DNA of 64,000 bases, taken from assembly GCF_009914755.1 (NCBI RefSeq), contig NC_060937.1; one strand, given 5' to 3'. The DNA comes from the human T2T-CHM13v2.0 reference genome, Homo sapiens. Below, piece after piece: positions 29,041 through 49,405 of the stretch. The translations under genes were made by a program, and so were the position numbers. Below the pieces are notes generated by a model. That model was not told the DNA's origin. It did not search any database and was given only the letters and a program-made list of their open reading frames with translations. Numbering within the stretch: the first letter of the stretch is position 1; every line of letters begins with the position of its first letter.

Positions 29041-30660
29041 CCTTGGTGCTCTGCCACTCAACTGGGTTTCTGCCTTCAGGCAGGGCCCTAACTCCCTTCT
29101 TCACCAATAACCTATAACCAGGTTAGATGTCGGTGACCTTTCTAGCTTTTGACTTAAAGTGAGAGATGTGTGATTTTTCCTTTCACTTGAACACTTAGCA
29201 GCCATTGCAGTGTGATTAATTGGCCTAATCTCAATCCTGTTGTGTGTTTCAGGAAATATGGAGGCCTGAGGAGAGGGAGAGAGGTGAAAAGCAGGTTGGT
29301 GGAGCAGTCAGAACACATGCAATATTTATGAACTAGGTTTGCAGTCTTATTGGTGCACAGTTCATGGTGGCCCAATATAATTATAATGGTATCATCAAAG
29401 ATCACCATTACAGATCAACATAACATATATTACAAGAATGAAAAGTTTGAATATTGTAAAAATTGCCAAAATGTGACACAGAGATACAAAGCAAGCACAT
29501 GCTATTTGAAAAATGTCACTGAGTTATTTGCTTAGCAGAGGTGTGTTACAAACTTTCAACTTACAAAACAACAATATTTATGAAATACAATAAAGTGAAA
29601 CCAAATGAAATTATTTATGGGTGGTATTCACATTTTGCTGCATTAGTGCAGAGTCAGAGTAGCCTACATTTAGATGTAACTAAAACGCTGATTTTGTCAA
29701 GCAGGTATGGCAAAGTGAGATGGAGCAAGGAATCTAATAGTATTTAGTAAGGAGTTATAATCAGTGATCATAATATTTATTGTATATAGGAAAGAAGAGA
29801 GGTTATCAAAGAAGGAAAAGATATGAAAAGTAGCATCATTGCACGGAAGTCCTGCATGACAAAAAAATTGTTGGTGTTGGGGCACTAAAGGGAAGAATAA
29901 GATGGGATCAGAACAGATGTAAACATTTAATACGACTGGAATTTCAAATCTAACATCCATGCTAGTTTTTGAAAATGATTATCCTATGTAAGAGGTTTTC
30001 AAGCAAAACGGTAATAATGAAGTTAAAAATATAATTTTGAGGTCTTCTGCAACAAATTCATGAACATGTCTGAGTTGTCACACACATTGGATGAAGGTAA
30101 GGTTTGAGGAAGAAGGGATTGTGCATCTGAATTTGCACATTCCTGAGATTTCATGTTAGACTTCTGCATCAACTAGGTGATGAGCCAGAAATTTCTTAAC
30201 AAGGGATCATTTTATGAGACAATGAAATAAATTGTATTATTTAAAAACAAAAAGGATAATCTTTTTAGGAACAGGAAAAGTAAATTTTTATATTCTTCAT
30301 TCACTTGGAATAAAAAAGATGAAAAATATCATCTTCTGGGGAGTAAGTACTTCTTTTAAGTTAAAGGTCACAATTTACTCAATAGACAAGGGAATTTCTT
30401 CTTCCTTAAAATTCATTTTTTAAGCCTAGAGACCATGAAAAGTTATGATTCATGTTGTTATGGTAGACTGACTTGTGATATATCTGAATTTGAACAATAC
30501 ATGTTAGAACTAATACAGAAAAGTAAGTTACAAACCGTGAAGTCAGATTGAAAACAGCTGTTATCTGAGGGAAAAAAATCAACTATCAAAGCTGTGGGAA
30601 AAAAATCATCTCTACATCATAAGTTAATACTGAAAGCTTAATTAGACTTAGCTCAAACTA

Positions 30661-30713
30661 TTTTTTGCCATTAAAAGGAATTGTGAAAACCGCAATTACT
30701 TTGCACCAACCTA
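30661..30713. mobile_element. MADE1 (Hsmar1 MITE), one TIR truncated
   Basis: 'ttttgccatta...aaaaccgcaattactttgcaccaacct' followed by TA. Confidence 0.8.
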
Positions 30714-30894
30714 TAGCATTTGCTAGTTCTCAGACTTTATAGAGATAAAATATGTTTCAGAATTAGTCATATATATAAGTCATGGATTTTCAAGTTAATG
30801 TTAATTCAATTGACTTTTGGTAACTAAATAGTATTTCTTTTATTTTGCAAAGTCCAAAGAAAAATAAATAAAATAAAAATAAAATAAGTAGTTT

Positions 30895-31155
30895 TGGTAT
30901 AGTCTTTCTGGCTTTTACCTCAGCATCCATCACATTGGCTTTATCCTAAGATTTACAGAATATTGGCTGCAGCAGTTCTGGATATCATATCCAGATATTA
31001 CAATAGTCAGAGGAAGAAGAGAAGTAGCTTTTCCCCATTACCCTTTCTTGGAAGTGCTGAAATTCTCCCTAGAATCTTTCCCAAGGACTTCTTATATTAA
31101 TATGATTCTTTGACCATTTGGAGTCAAACATTGACAAAGAGAGTTAGAATATCCT
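30895..31155 (-). mobile_element. Old MLT1 fragment
   Basis: 'ttggctttatcct...tggctgcagcagttctggatatcatatccaga...cagaggaagaagagaa'. Confidence 0.5.
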
Positions 31156-31470
31156 TTTTTTTTTTTATTGAAAACAACCTTAGTATGCAAAACAGTCTTT
31201 CATAGATGAAGGCACCACTACCCATGTACTATCAATAAGACATGTGCTTTGAGATATTATTTTAATTGTAGGAGAGACTATTTAGTGCTGATCTAGCAAC
31301 AGCTATCAGTCTGTGATCTGCACAGGCAGCATTTATCCTTGGCTTAAAATGCGAAAACCTACTGGTGCACATGAAGATTTCATCCACAATCACAGCATCA
31401 TTAGCATAGACTTGTCCAACTGAGAGAAAGGATTAGAAAATATTTGTGACAATAATAAGATTTAATGTTT

Positions 31471-31780
<310 letters not shown>

Positions 31781-31849
31781 AAGATTTAATGTTTCTAATT
31801 CTCCGATTTCCTTAGTTGTGTGTCCCCAGCAGCCTATCTCTGACACCAC

Positions 31850-33338
<1,489 letters not shown>

Positions 33339-33345
33339 CCTTAAA

Positions 33346-33564
33346 CTGGTTCTCCATTGGGAATGATTTTGCCATGGAAGGGACATTTGACAATATCTGG
33401 AGCCTTTTTTTTTTGGTTATCACAATTATGACACCACTACTGGCATCCAGTGGACAGAGGCCAGGGATGGCGCTAAAAATTCTATAAAATATGGATCAGC
33501 TCCTGCCCACAACGAATAAATACCCAGATGGAAAATATTAATAGTGCCAAGGTCTCAAACCATG
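33346..33564 (+). mobile_element. MER20 (hAT-Charlie)
   Basis: 'gggacatttgacaatatctggag...ctactggcatccagtggacagaggccagggatg...aatagtgccaagg'. Confidence 0.85.
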
Positions 33565-34019
33565 TCTCAAACTGTGTCTTAACCCATTCAAGACCACCCC
33601 TTATGGTAGGGTTGACATCAGCTTCTAATGAAGCATATGGATGAGTGAGGAATTTATACATTAACAAAATTTTAATTCCCTCAGGAGGAGGCCAGGGTCA
33701 TGAAGCCAGATAGACAACAATGCCATTCCCTTCACTCACTAGTAGTAACAGGCACAATTTTACAATCCAACATGTTCTTTTCAGTAGAGATATGGCTTTC
33801 TACTTTCAGGGATCTGATTAAAAATTTCACAATGTCTGCCCTCAATAATGCCATAGTGCCTATTACTTTTATATGTCAGTGCCTCAATAGTAACATATCT
33901 CAAAGAAAACATATTATATTAATATATTAATATAATGATGTGTATCGTATGACTTCAAAGTACATTTTCTAGAGTTAGACACTTTTTATTTAATTCTATC
34001 TTTTATTATAGGAGTAGCC

Positions 34020-34175
34020 TTACAGAATTTCAAAGCCAGAAGGAGAACAGTTTATATAATACTTGAGAGAAAACTATGGTTCAGGGAGGATAAGTAAGTT
34101 TTTTTAGATCCCATAGCCAGAATAATCAAGACAGAACTATGATCTCAGAGCTGCTAACTCATAACATGCTGCTCA
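34020..34175 (-). mobile_element. MIR fragment
   Basis: 'gagagaaaactatggttcagggaggataagtaag...agaactatgatctcagagctgctaactc'. Confidence 0.55.
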
Positions 34176-36584
34176 AGTGTGTTAGTTATCTCTTTGAGAT
34201 ACAATGTAAACTGTAGGAAATTAAGAGATGGAGAGAAGAAATTTGCAGATTTTACATTTGAAAGTCCTTGAAGATGAATATGCACAGAGGAATGCTGTTA
34301 GTCCTTTAATGATGCCAGTGATAGTAGATTTTGCAGAACTAACAAAACAACTACAATAAATTAGATGTGATATTTCCTACAGAGTGAACAAGCACATTTA
34401 GCAATCATACCTCCCCAGATTACTGTTAAGATATGGAATTATTACTTTTATATGCCAGGTAAATAACCAGTATCCTTTAATTAGACTAAATTAAGAAAAG
34501 TGAATTGCTTTGAAAATAGCAATGGAATGGAATGGTGTCTTTCATCAGAGCAGAATCATGTTAATGTCTTAGGCTGTCTAGTTACCATGACAAATAGGTT
34601 GTGGTACATGCACACTTTAATTATTAACACTGAAATCTGCTGAAATTCAAGTATTGCTCTTAGGAATGGCTATTACCGCTGAAATGACCCATTTAATAGT
34701 GACCATGGTATCAAAATATGGATTTAAATTGGTAATTAATAACAGTCAGTTTCTGAAAATGTTAACACAGAAGTTCAATAAAAATGCTAACTAGGTCTCA
34801 AATACCACAGACAGTATATTGACATATTAATATGTATCACTTATATTAAATGCTTTGTAGATTTTGACTTGAGAACAAAATAATAAGAAATAATAAGAAT
34901 GAAAGCATTTCCTAATGAGCTTCCAAAGAGTCGGTGAACCTAGTGGATTATTTTTCTTTTTTCAGTTTTTATGCCTAAAATTTGTATGAAAGAATTTTCC
35001 ATTATCAGAACCTAAAGAACTCTATTAAATGGAAGTGAGAAAAATTTAAAATGAGATGATAGGACACTCTTGAGGAATTTTAAACTAATAAGTGGTTGAC
35101 ATGTTGCTCAGTTTATGGGTCACTTGTTCTAAGATCTGTATAATAACTAGCTGCCCCACACTTATTCTATTACTTGTATGCCTCTCCAAAGGAAGAAGAC
35201 TACGAAGCTTCATCAGGTGACACATAACCAATGAAATTATGAAATAACATTATAAGCGATGTTATAATAGAACTGAGAAATGAACAAACAAAGCAAACGT
35301 GCTCGAGCAATATGGTCATAGAATTACCAATATGTGCTTTGGAATGCATTAATTGATATCTGTTGAGATTTACTTGTTTAATTGTCTTATCTTAAACTGA
35401 TACTAACATGGGATGATGTTCTCTGAGCAATTTAACTGATAGTATCTTAAATATGTTAAAGAAGTTTAAGGGAAAATAATGTGTTATTTACAATTTTCTA
35501 AAGAGAACTTTAAAACTGTACTTACATCTCAGAATAAATATATACAATATTATTCTGACCATGAAGAATAGTAAACAAATAAAAATCTGTTTAATGATAA
35601 TGATAATCGTTTATGATCACTTAGGTCTTTGAATTTAAATAAAAATGGCAGATAAATTTTAACAGGATTTAGACATCAAATTTTAATGTATTTTTATTCC
35701 AATATGAGTCTGATGCTCTAAGTTAATATGTCATATATAAGTGGAAGGTAAGAAATCATTTCAGAGTACTTTGAAGATACACACACACACACATTTAAAA
35801 AATATTTTTTAACTGTCAATTTTACTTAGTCTCTGAAATATTTAATATGAACTGGGTGCTGCAACAGCTGCCTCTTGGCATTATGTTGTTCCTGCAGAGC
35901 ACCTGTGCCTGAATCTGCGATACACAAATTTTAGGTGCTTTATTCAGCCAGTACCGATAGCATTTTGTTGTTTAGCCTTCATATTGCAGTTACATTAATA
36001 CTTTTGTTTGTGGTTAGCAGGTTAACCTCATTTTAACAGGTGGAAACCATTAAAACCATAATGGCAACACAACATGCCTGTTTTCTTGTGACACATTCTA
36101 AATATTGATGTTCCCTTTGTCATCTCATCTCATAGCCCAGGCCAAAAAACTAGGTTTTTTTCTTTTTAAAATATTTTTGTTACAAGCATGGACATCTATG
36201 TGGATTATATAATGGTTAGATTTTTCTGTAACTGCCATCTTCAGATAAAAATAATTAATACAACAATGTTTTAATGATATGAATATATTTTTCTTTTCAA
36301 ATTATGTGCTGAATGAGCCACAGAGTGATATTTGAAATTTAGAATATTCCAAATGGACTTACTTCTGAATTTGAGTTGTTCTTGAAAGACTGGGTAGAAA
36401 ACATTTGCCTTGTAGCACCAAAATAGCTCAAGGACATTGTAATTTAGTCATTTACTAAAATAGGATATGTTTAATATCCCTGAGTATATTAGTATAGTAA
36501 GTTTTGTTTAGGAAAACAGGTGAAAGAAAACTAATGAGGATGAAAAATATATCTTTTAAAATAATAATTTATATGTAGTACATT

Positions 36585-36826
36585 TATATGTGGTATATAA
36601 AATTGTCAAACAGAAAATTCAGAGACCGGAATGATTGTGACTAAGGGCTTGGGAGAGGGGAAAATAGGAAGTTGCCATTCGACTGGAACAAAGCTCAGGT
36701 TTTCTAGAGATTTGTACATCATCTTGCCTAGAGTTAACAATATGGTATTGTACACTTAAAACTTTTTAAGAGCTGGTAGATCTGATGTTAAGTGTTCCTG
36801 CAATAATAATAATAGTAATAATAAAA
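36585..36826 (+). mobile_element. L1MA/L1MB 3' UTR fragment
   Basis: 'gttaacaatatggtattgtacacttaaaac...gtagatctgatgttaagtgttc' followed by an (AAT)n tail. Confidence 0.75.
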
Positions 36827-38370
36827 CTAACTGCATCTTCTAGTTTTCCAGATTTTGGATTTATTCTTCCCTAGATGATTGGCTTATTTTATAGAAATAT
36901 GTTTTGATTACCAAAATTGTCTGTGAAAATTATAAGATTATTTTTCTTTATCAAAAGAAATACACTGTGGTAGTGTACCAAGAAATAATAATTTTCATCA
37001 TAAGGTAGGAAGAATTTAAAATTTTCAGAGGCAAACTGTGAGGTAAAATTGAAATAAAGTGAAAGGTAGGACTTTATCTTATAGTATTGCACTGATATCT
37101 CCATTTGTTTTCCTTAGTTGGATTGCTTTTTTTCATGTTTTAAACAGTTCCTCTTGAAAGCCATCTGGTATTTATTTATTTATTTATTTTAGCGATAAAA
37201 ATATGTATGCCATAATCTTTCTGTATTATTGAAAATCTTTATTTGAAACATCATCTTCTTTTGAACATCAAAATCTTGAAGTCTTGAAAAATCTATTATG
37301 GGTCTATTCGAACAGATTTGGCAATTTCAATTGCTTTGAGTCATTTTGCCTGTGCTTAAAATAGGCCATTCCTTTTGATGGTTATTTAAATACCAACTTA
37401 ATAATGGTAACTTTTTTTTTTTTACTTACTTTATGTCTTATTTTTCTAGCTTACATAAATCGCTTGTTTGCCAATTAAAAAAAAAAACCTGAAATAAGCA
37501 GTTTTTCTTCCAGTATTCCAGTAATCCTTTACCTGTTGAGTGAAATATCTTTTCACACTGCCCTTCAGAGACATCACATTATAACATTATGTTATTCGTC
37601 AATATTATGTTATAAGTCAGTGTTATAATATTGACTGTTATATCCTAGTCAATATCATAAAGAAAACACACAAAATAGTATATTAATACATCCAGATACA
37701 GTATATCTGTATGTGTACTCTATATCTTTAAGCTGTGATGAAGCAATGTGTTTTTATTTAAGATTTTTTAAAATTTATATTTCAGAGCCAGAATATGGTA
37801 TGCCATGTCTCAAAATACAAAATTATTTTTTCTAATAAATTATGTGTACTGCTTCCGATCTTCAGAAGATACCAGCTTTTAATACATAAAATAGGAAATT
37901 TGGCATAAAATTTTACCTTTCTAACATATTACTTTTGAAATAAGTTGTCACATTTTCAGTAAATATAATGAATATTCATAAAAAGATAATGAAATGTGAC
38001 AATAATAATAAAATATGCAGTGGACAATCTATAACACCATCTAAGAACAAAGGCAATTAAATTGACTTGAAACACACATGTGGTGGCTCACTCTTAGAAT
38101 ACTGTCAGAAGTTTATCCAGGCTATTCACCTGACATCAAAAAAATGTATTTGTTTACCATTGCTTCACAGAAAATTTTTAATGGCCAGAAGACTGCATAG
38201 TTACCCTTATTTTGGTGTTTTCTTTTTTTCAAAGAGAGCATGAAAACATCATTTTACTTCTGTCATCTGACCATTCTATCTTTAGCTGAAGATATTTCTA
38301 TCTTTCTATCTTTAGCTGAGGAAAGCAACTTACCTTCAACCTCCCTCCATGCAAGAAAAATAACTAGTCA

Positions 38371-38715
<345 letters not shown>

Positions 38716-38734
38716 TTACAAATAAAGCAAAATA

Positions 38735-39733
38735 CAAGTGAATCTATTTATTTGACGTGGGTAAGTTCTACAAAATTGTTGTGAACACTGAATTCGAAAG
38801 TAGATGATCCTTGGCTTATAATGGGGTTTCGTGTTGATAAACATATCATAAATTGAAAATGTCCTATGTTGAAAATGCATTTAAAATATCTAATCTACCA
38901 AACATTGTAGCTTAGCCTAACCTACCTTAAATGTGTTCATAACACACATTAGTGTACAAGTGAGCAATATCTAAAACAAAGCCTATTTTATAATAAATTC
39001 TTGAATATGACATGTAATTTATTGCATACTGTACTGAAAGTGAAAAACAGTGATTGTATGAGTACTTGAAGTATAGTTATTATTCAATGCTTATGGCTTT
39101 CAATTGTAAAATCAAAAAATTGTAAGTACAACCACCATAATTCAGGGCCTGTATAGACCGAATCATTGCCCCCAGGAGAAATACAGAGTTAAATTTCTGC
39201 GAGCATCTGGTTCAACATTTCTGTCAACCAATCAACATATAACCTTGTTTTATGTGTGTTTCTGTTAGAAGACACCTTGTAATATATATTTTTTGATTCA
39301 TTGACATTGAACTTATGGCCAACAGCGCTATAACTCATGCTTGAAAGAATCTTATCTAATACATATATTTTATCCATAAGGCACAACAGTTTTTTTGTGC
39401 CTAGGAACACTAGACAACATTGAGTACTATACTTGGGGCCACTTTACACAGTAAAATCACCAAGAAAAAGCAAAACAAAAAAATCATAAAACAATGTACT
39501 CAATAATTGGAAAATAATGCCATTTATTTACAGTGAGAGAGCTGAAACAAGAAGGCAGAGTATTGTCGTTTGACCACAGCTAGGAATGTACAGGTTGCTG
39601 ACTCAAATTTTCGCCACTCCGCATATATCCACGAATGACTGTGAAATCACCATAATTATTAATTTGGGGATTACAATGAATTTTAGCTAATAGAACCTCA
39701 AATATAAAATCCATGAATAATGAAAATTTTCTG
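38735..39733. mobile_element. MER82 (TcMar-Tigger), interrupted by MER47A
   Basis: 'gaacactgaatt' joins 'ccgaatcattgcccccaggagaaatacag...ttatgtgtgtttctgtt...gagctgaaacaagaaggcagag...ccatgaataatga'. Confidence 0.8.
38801..39155 (+). mobile_element. MER47A (TcMar-Tigger) nested in MER82
   Basis: 'agatgatccttggcttataatggggtt...tagcttagcctaacctaccttaaa...tgtactgaaagtgaaaaacag'. Confidence 0.8.
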
Positions 39734-40015
39734 TGTTTAGTGAAGGGGATGAGATAATATCTGGTCATGATATGTGTGTGTGTATTTAGGATTTCTGCTC
39801 ATATATCCTATCTGCTCAGATTACCGTAGAGCCTGGTAGTAAAAGTAAAAGATTCCTTTTAATAGCAGAAGAGCATAAACCAGATGAATATCTATTACAA
39901 AATAAATTGTGCTAAAATATGTACCAATGGCTGGACAATGCACAAATATGGATTAGGGAAAATTATTAGCATGCTTTATTCCTAAAACAAAGATTTTCCT
40001 AAATTTCAGTTAATG

Positions 40016-40072
40016 CTATATATGTATATATACACATATATGTATATATATTATATATCTGTATATATATAT
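40016..40072. repeat. (TA)n-rich low-complexity repeat
   Basis: Directly visible. Confidence 0.85.
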
Positions 40073-40569
40073 TTAAACATGGAATCAAAACATATCTTGA
40101 ATGTTTTTTAAAAAAGTGTATTATTTGAAAAGTATTTACTACTGAACCAGAAGGGAATCTTTGTTTTCTTTTTCTGGCATTTCATTTCTTCTTATCTCCC
40201 ACCTTTTGGTTTCATAGTTAGACTGGCTCTCTTAACATAGTGATAACTATGGTTGCTAGCAGTTCTAGATTAAATATTTATTGACTTACATAGGCTACAA
40301 AACATGGTATTTATGAATCAGAAATAAGATCCAGTAAAACAGACCCAGCTAATAAAAAATAAGTTGAAATAAAGAGACTCACAGTTAAGATACAAAAAAA
40401 GATAAGAGCTAGAATTAAAAGTGAATTAGAAATACAAAATTTACTTGGATATATGGTATTAAAATGGAAATGGCACTAAGGAACATTAAAAAAACTGATG
40501 CCAAGGACAGTTTTGAATTTCCCAAATATAAGAGAAAAAATAAAGATGGGAAAAAATAAGAAAATATGA

Positions 40570-43000
<2,431 letters not shown>

Positions 43001-43183
43001 AAAAACTGTTTTTTAAATGTAATTTTATTCATCCCTTGGATGGATAAAAAACAACAAGAGCAACAATGAAATACTCTGATAATTTTGACTTGGGTTTGTG
43101 CAACTAATGTTTTATATCTTTATTGAGATACATATCCATAGGAAAGATAAACTATTGCTTTGCATATCTTTAAATGCTCATGA

Positions 43184-45776
<2,593 letters not shown>

Positions 45777-46214
45777 GAATGAGATAAATCTACATCCACT
45801 AATATAAAAAAAAATGAAAACCTCACTCATCCTTTTTAAATATTCTATGTATATATTTTCATTAGATACATAGAAAACATTCATATACCTATTTCTACCT
45901 TTATGTACATTGAAATTATACCAGATAATATTGCTATAGACAAACTCATTTATACATCTTTGTGTTCAGTTATAAAAGTTATTCTAAATTTTAATATATC
46001 CAGGTTTTGCTGGGGTTTTGTAATTACTGCACTAAGGGCACACTTTATTTTGGTAGATAGTATCACTTTACCTCTCCAAATTGATACCACTGAAATAATC
46101 ATATTAGTATTTAATGGTTTATCTTTTCCCATTTCCTTTAAATTTTGTATTGTTGGTAGAAACTAAATGATGTCTCGTTTAAATTAGCATGTCTCCAGTT
46201 AGTAATAAAGATGG

Positions 46215-48498
46215 TGTATTAGTCCCTTTTCATGCTGCTGATAAAGACATACCCGAGACTGGACAATTTACAAAAGAAAGAGGTTTAATTGGACTTACAG
46301 TTCCATATGGCTAAGGAGGCTTCACAGTCATGGCAGAAGGCAAGGAGAAGCGAGTCACATCTTACATGTTTGGTGGCAGGCAAAAAGACAGTTTGTACAG
46401 GGAAACTCCCATTTTTTTTTAAAACCATCAGATCTCATGAGACTCATTCACAATAACAAAAACAATGTAGGAAAGACCTGCCCCCATAATTCAGTCACTT
46501 CCCACAAGGTCCCTCCCACAACACGAGAGAATTCAAGGTGAGATTTGGGTGAGGACAAAGCCAAACCATATCATTCTGCCCCATCCCCTCCCAAATCTCA
46601 TGTCCTCACATTTTCAAAGCCAAATCATGCCTTCCCAGCAGTCCCTCAACGTCTTAACTCATTTCAGCATTAACTCAAAAGTCCACAGGCCAAAGCCTCA
46701 TCTGAATGGAGGCAAGTCCCCTCCATCTATAAGCCTGTAAAATCAAAAGCAGGTTAGTTACTTCTAGATATAATGGGGGTACAGGTTTTGGGTAATACAG
46801 CCATTCCAAAAGGGAGAAATTGGCCAAAACAAAGGATCTACAGGCCCCATGCAAATCCGAAATCCAGCACGACAGTCAAATCTTAAAGCTCCAAAATGAT
46901 CTCCTTTGACTCCATGCCTCACATCCAGTCACACCGATGCAAGAGTTAGGTTCCCATAGTCTTGGGCAGCTCCGCCCCTGTGGCTTTGCAGGGTACAGGC
47001 TTTCTCCTGGCTGCTTTCAAGGACTGGCATTGAGTGTTTGTGGCTTTTTCGGGTGTGCAGTGCAAGCTGTCAGTGGATCTACCATTCTGGAGTCTGGAGA
47101 ACGGTGGTCCTCTTCTCACAACTCTACTAGGCAGTGCCCCAGACGGGACTCTGTGTGGCTGCTCCGACCCCACATTTCCCGTGTGCACTTCCCTAGCAGA
47201 AGTTTTCCATGAGCACCCTGCCCCTGCAGGAAACTTCTTCCTGGGCATTCAGGAATTTCCTTACCTCATTTGAAATCTAGGTGGAGATTCCCAAACCTCA
47301 ATTCTTTACTTCTGTCCACCCTCAGGCTCAACAACATGTGGAAGCTGCCAAGGTTTGGGGCTTCTGCCCTCTGAAGCAACAGCCCGAACTGTACCTTGGC
47401 CCCTTTTAGTCACAGCTGGAGCAGCTGGGACACAGTGCACCAAGTACCTAGACTGCACATAGCACAGGGACCCTGGGCCCAGCCCACAAAACTACATTTT
47501 TGTCCTAGGCCTCTGGGCCTGTGTTGGGAGTTGCTGTTCTGAAGACCTCTGACATGCCCTGGAGACATTTCCCCCATTGTCTTAGGGAATAACATTCAGC
47601 TCCTCGTTACTTATGCAAATTTATGCAACCTGCAAATTTATGCAACCGGCTTGAATTTCTCCTCAGAAAATGGCATTTACTTTTCTATTGCATTGTCAAG
47701 CTGCAAATTTTCCAAACTTTTATGCTCTGCTTCCCTTATAAACTTGAATGCCTTTATCACTTTGCTGCTTAGAAATTTCTTCCACCAGATACCCAGAATC
47801 ATCTCTCTAAGTTCAAAGTTACAAATATCTCTAGAGCAGAGCCAAAATGCCACCAGTCTCTTTGCTAAAACATAACAAGTTCACCTTTGCTCCATTTCCC
47901 AACAAGTTCCTCATTTCCATCTGAGATCACCTTAGACTGGATTTTATTGTCCATATTTCTATCAGCAATTTCGTCAAAGCCATTCAACAAGATCCTAGGC
48001 AGTTCCAAACTTTCCTACATTTTTCTGTCTTCTTCTGAGCCCTCCAAGTTGTTCCAACCTTTGCCTGTTATCCAGTTCCAATGTCGCTTCGAAATTTTAA
48101 GGTGTCTTTTCAGTAGCTCCCCACTCCTGGTACCAGTTTACTGTATTAGTCCATTTTCATGTTGATGATAAAGACATACTTGAGACTAGGCAATTTACAA
48201 AAGAAAGAGGTTTAATTAGACTTAAAGTTCTGTATGGCTAAGGAGGCTTCACAATCATGGCAGAAGGCAAGTAGGAGCAAGTCACATCTTACGTGGATGG
48301 CAGCAGGCAAAAAGAGAGTTTGTGCAAGGAAACTCCCATTTTTTTTAAGACCATCAGATCTCATGAGATTCATTCACAAGCATGAGAACAGGGCAGGAAA
48401 GACCCAACCCCATAATTCAATCACCTCCCCCCAGGTCCCTCCCATAACATGTGGGAATTCAAGATGAGATTTGGATGGGAACAAGCCAAACTATAGCA
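46215..48498 (-). mobile_element. Full-length THE1A/B-like MaLR element (LTR 46215-46573, internal, LTR 48142-48498)
   Basis: Paired LTRs, THE1 internal region and a perfect 5-bp TSD gatgg (46210-46214 / 48499-48503). Confidence 0.95.
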
Positions 48499-49405
48499 GA
48501 TGGGAACTTCATATGCTTTTTAGATATTAGGTTTCCCCATTTGCAGATCTATACATTACCTTTTTTGCATGTATTATATTCATTGTGTTTCTCCTGCTTA
48601 CTTGAAGGGGTCTCTTATATTCCATATACCATTTTTATTGTTGGTTATCTAACAAATGTATTTTTCACTTACCTAATTTTTCTTTCAGTTTTTGGTTTGT
48701 TATTTCTGTTACTGGGTTAAGAAACAAGTTTTATGTAGTATAGTCTCAACTTACATAATTAATGTTTTAAATGTTATGAAGTAAGCTAGAAAAAAATGTG
48801 GAAATAGATAAAAAGTTGATAAAAATTGCCTAGTTGACCATCAATAGCTACTGGGATTTTTTAATTGAGAGAAAGCTTGATCTTACAAATATTAAACAGT
48901 ATAGATCTGACTGCCACATTAAGAGTAGATTCTATGGGGCAAGAACAGAAAAGCATAGAAATTTAGGAAATTTTTGCAATAATATAGATAATATTCTATA
49001 TAATATAGAAAACAAATGTTTTCTACACAAGGATAAATTAGAGGAGGTTAAAAAGGTTCTCAATTCCAGGCGTATTTAGAATTTATAGTAAAAGTGTTTG
49101 CTTAAGTGCTTAGACATGAGTTTATAAGAGAAAGGGACAACTCCATTGATAACTTTTGGCTTGAGGAACTGGAAGAAAAATGGAGCAAGTTTTAGGACAA
49201 ACAGTCATACAGAAAAAAAGATCTGTTTGCTCTGGTTTTGAACATGTTAAGACTGAGATATTTATTAGAACACCAAAGTGAGGATGTGAACTAGACAAAT
49301 AAGAATTTGCACTTTAGAAGAGAGGCCTTGTCTGAATATAATCCAGGGAACTATCAGTGGACAAATGATACTTCGTTGGGTAACGCTATAAAATCATTAA
49401 GAAAG

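Larger units (their letters stand above)
20463..29624 (-). mobile_element. Tigger1 DNA transposon in two pieces (20463-22144 and ~29139-29624)
   Basis: TIR 'caggcatacct' at 20463 and a degenerate TIR near 29615-29624. ORF 20756-21037 'STPGEDAVNIVE...IDSNFE' matches the C-terminus of the Tigger1/TIGD1-type transposase. Confidence 0.9.
19560..29760 (-). mobile_element. Fragmented L2 (pieces ~19560-19747, 20119-20460, 29626-29760) hosting the MST LTR and Tigger1
   Basis: Antisense L2 motif 'aaggaactgtcaaatgacttcagggttttg'. The later pieces resemble the L2 at ~50640-50900. Confidence 0.5.

Noticed and set aside
47614-47647. Perfect 17-bp tandem duplication in THE1 internal sequence (similar 16-bp repeat at 38274-38319)
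   Set aside because: Ordinary slippage micro-duplications.
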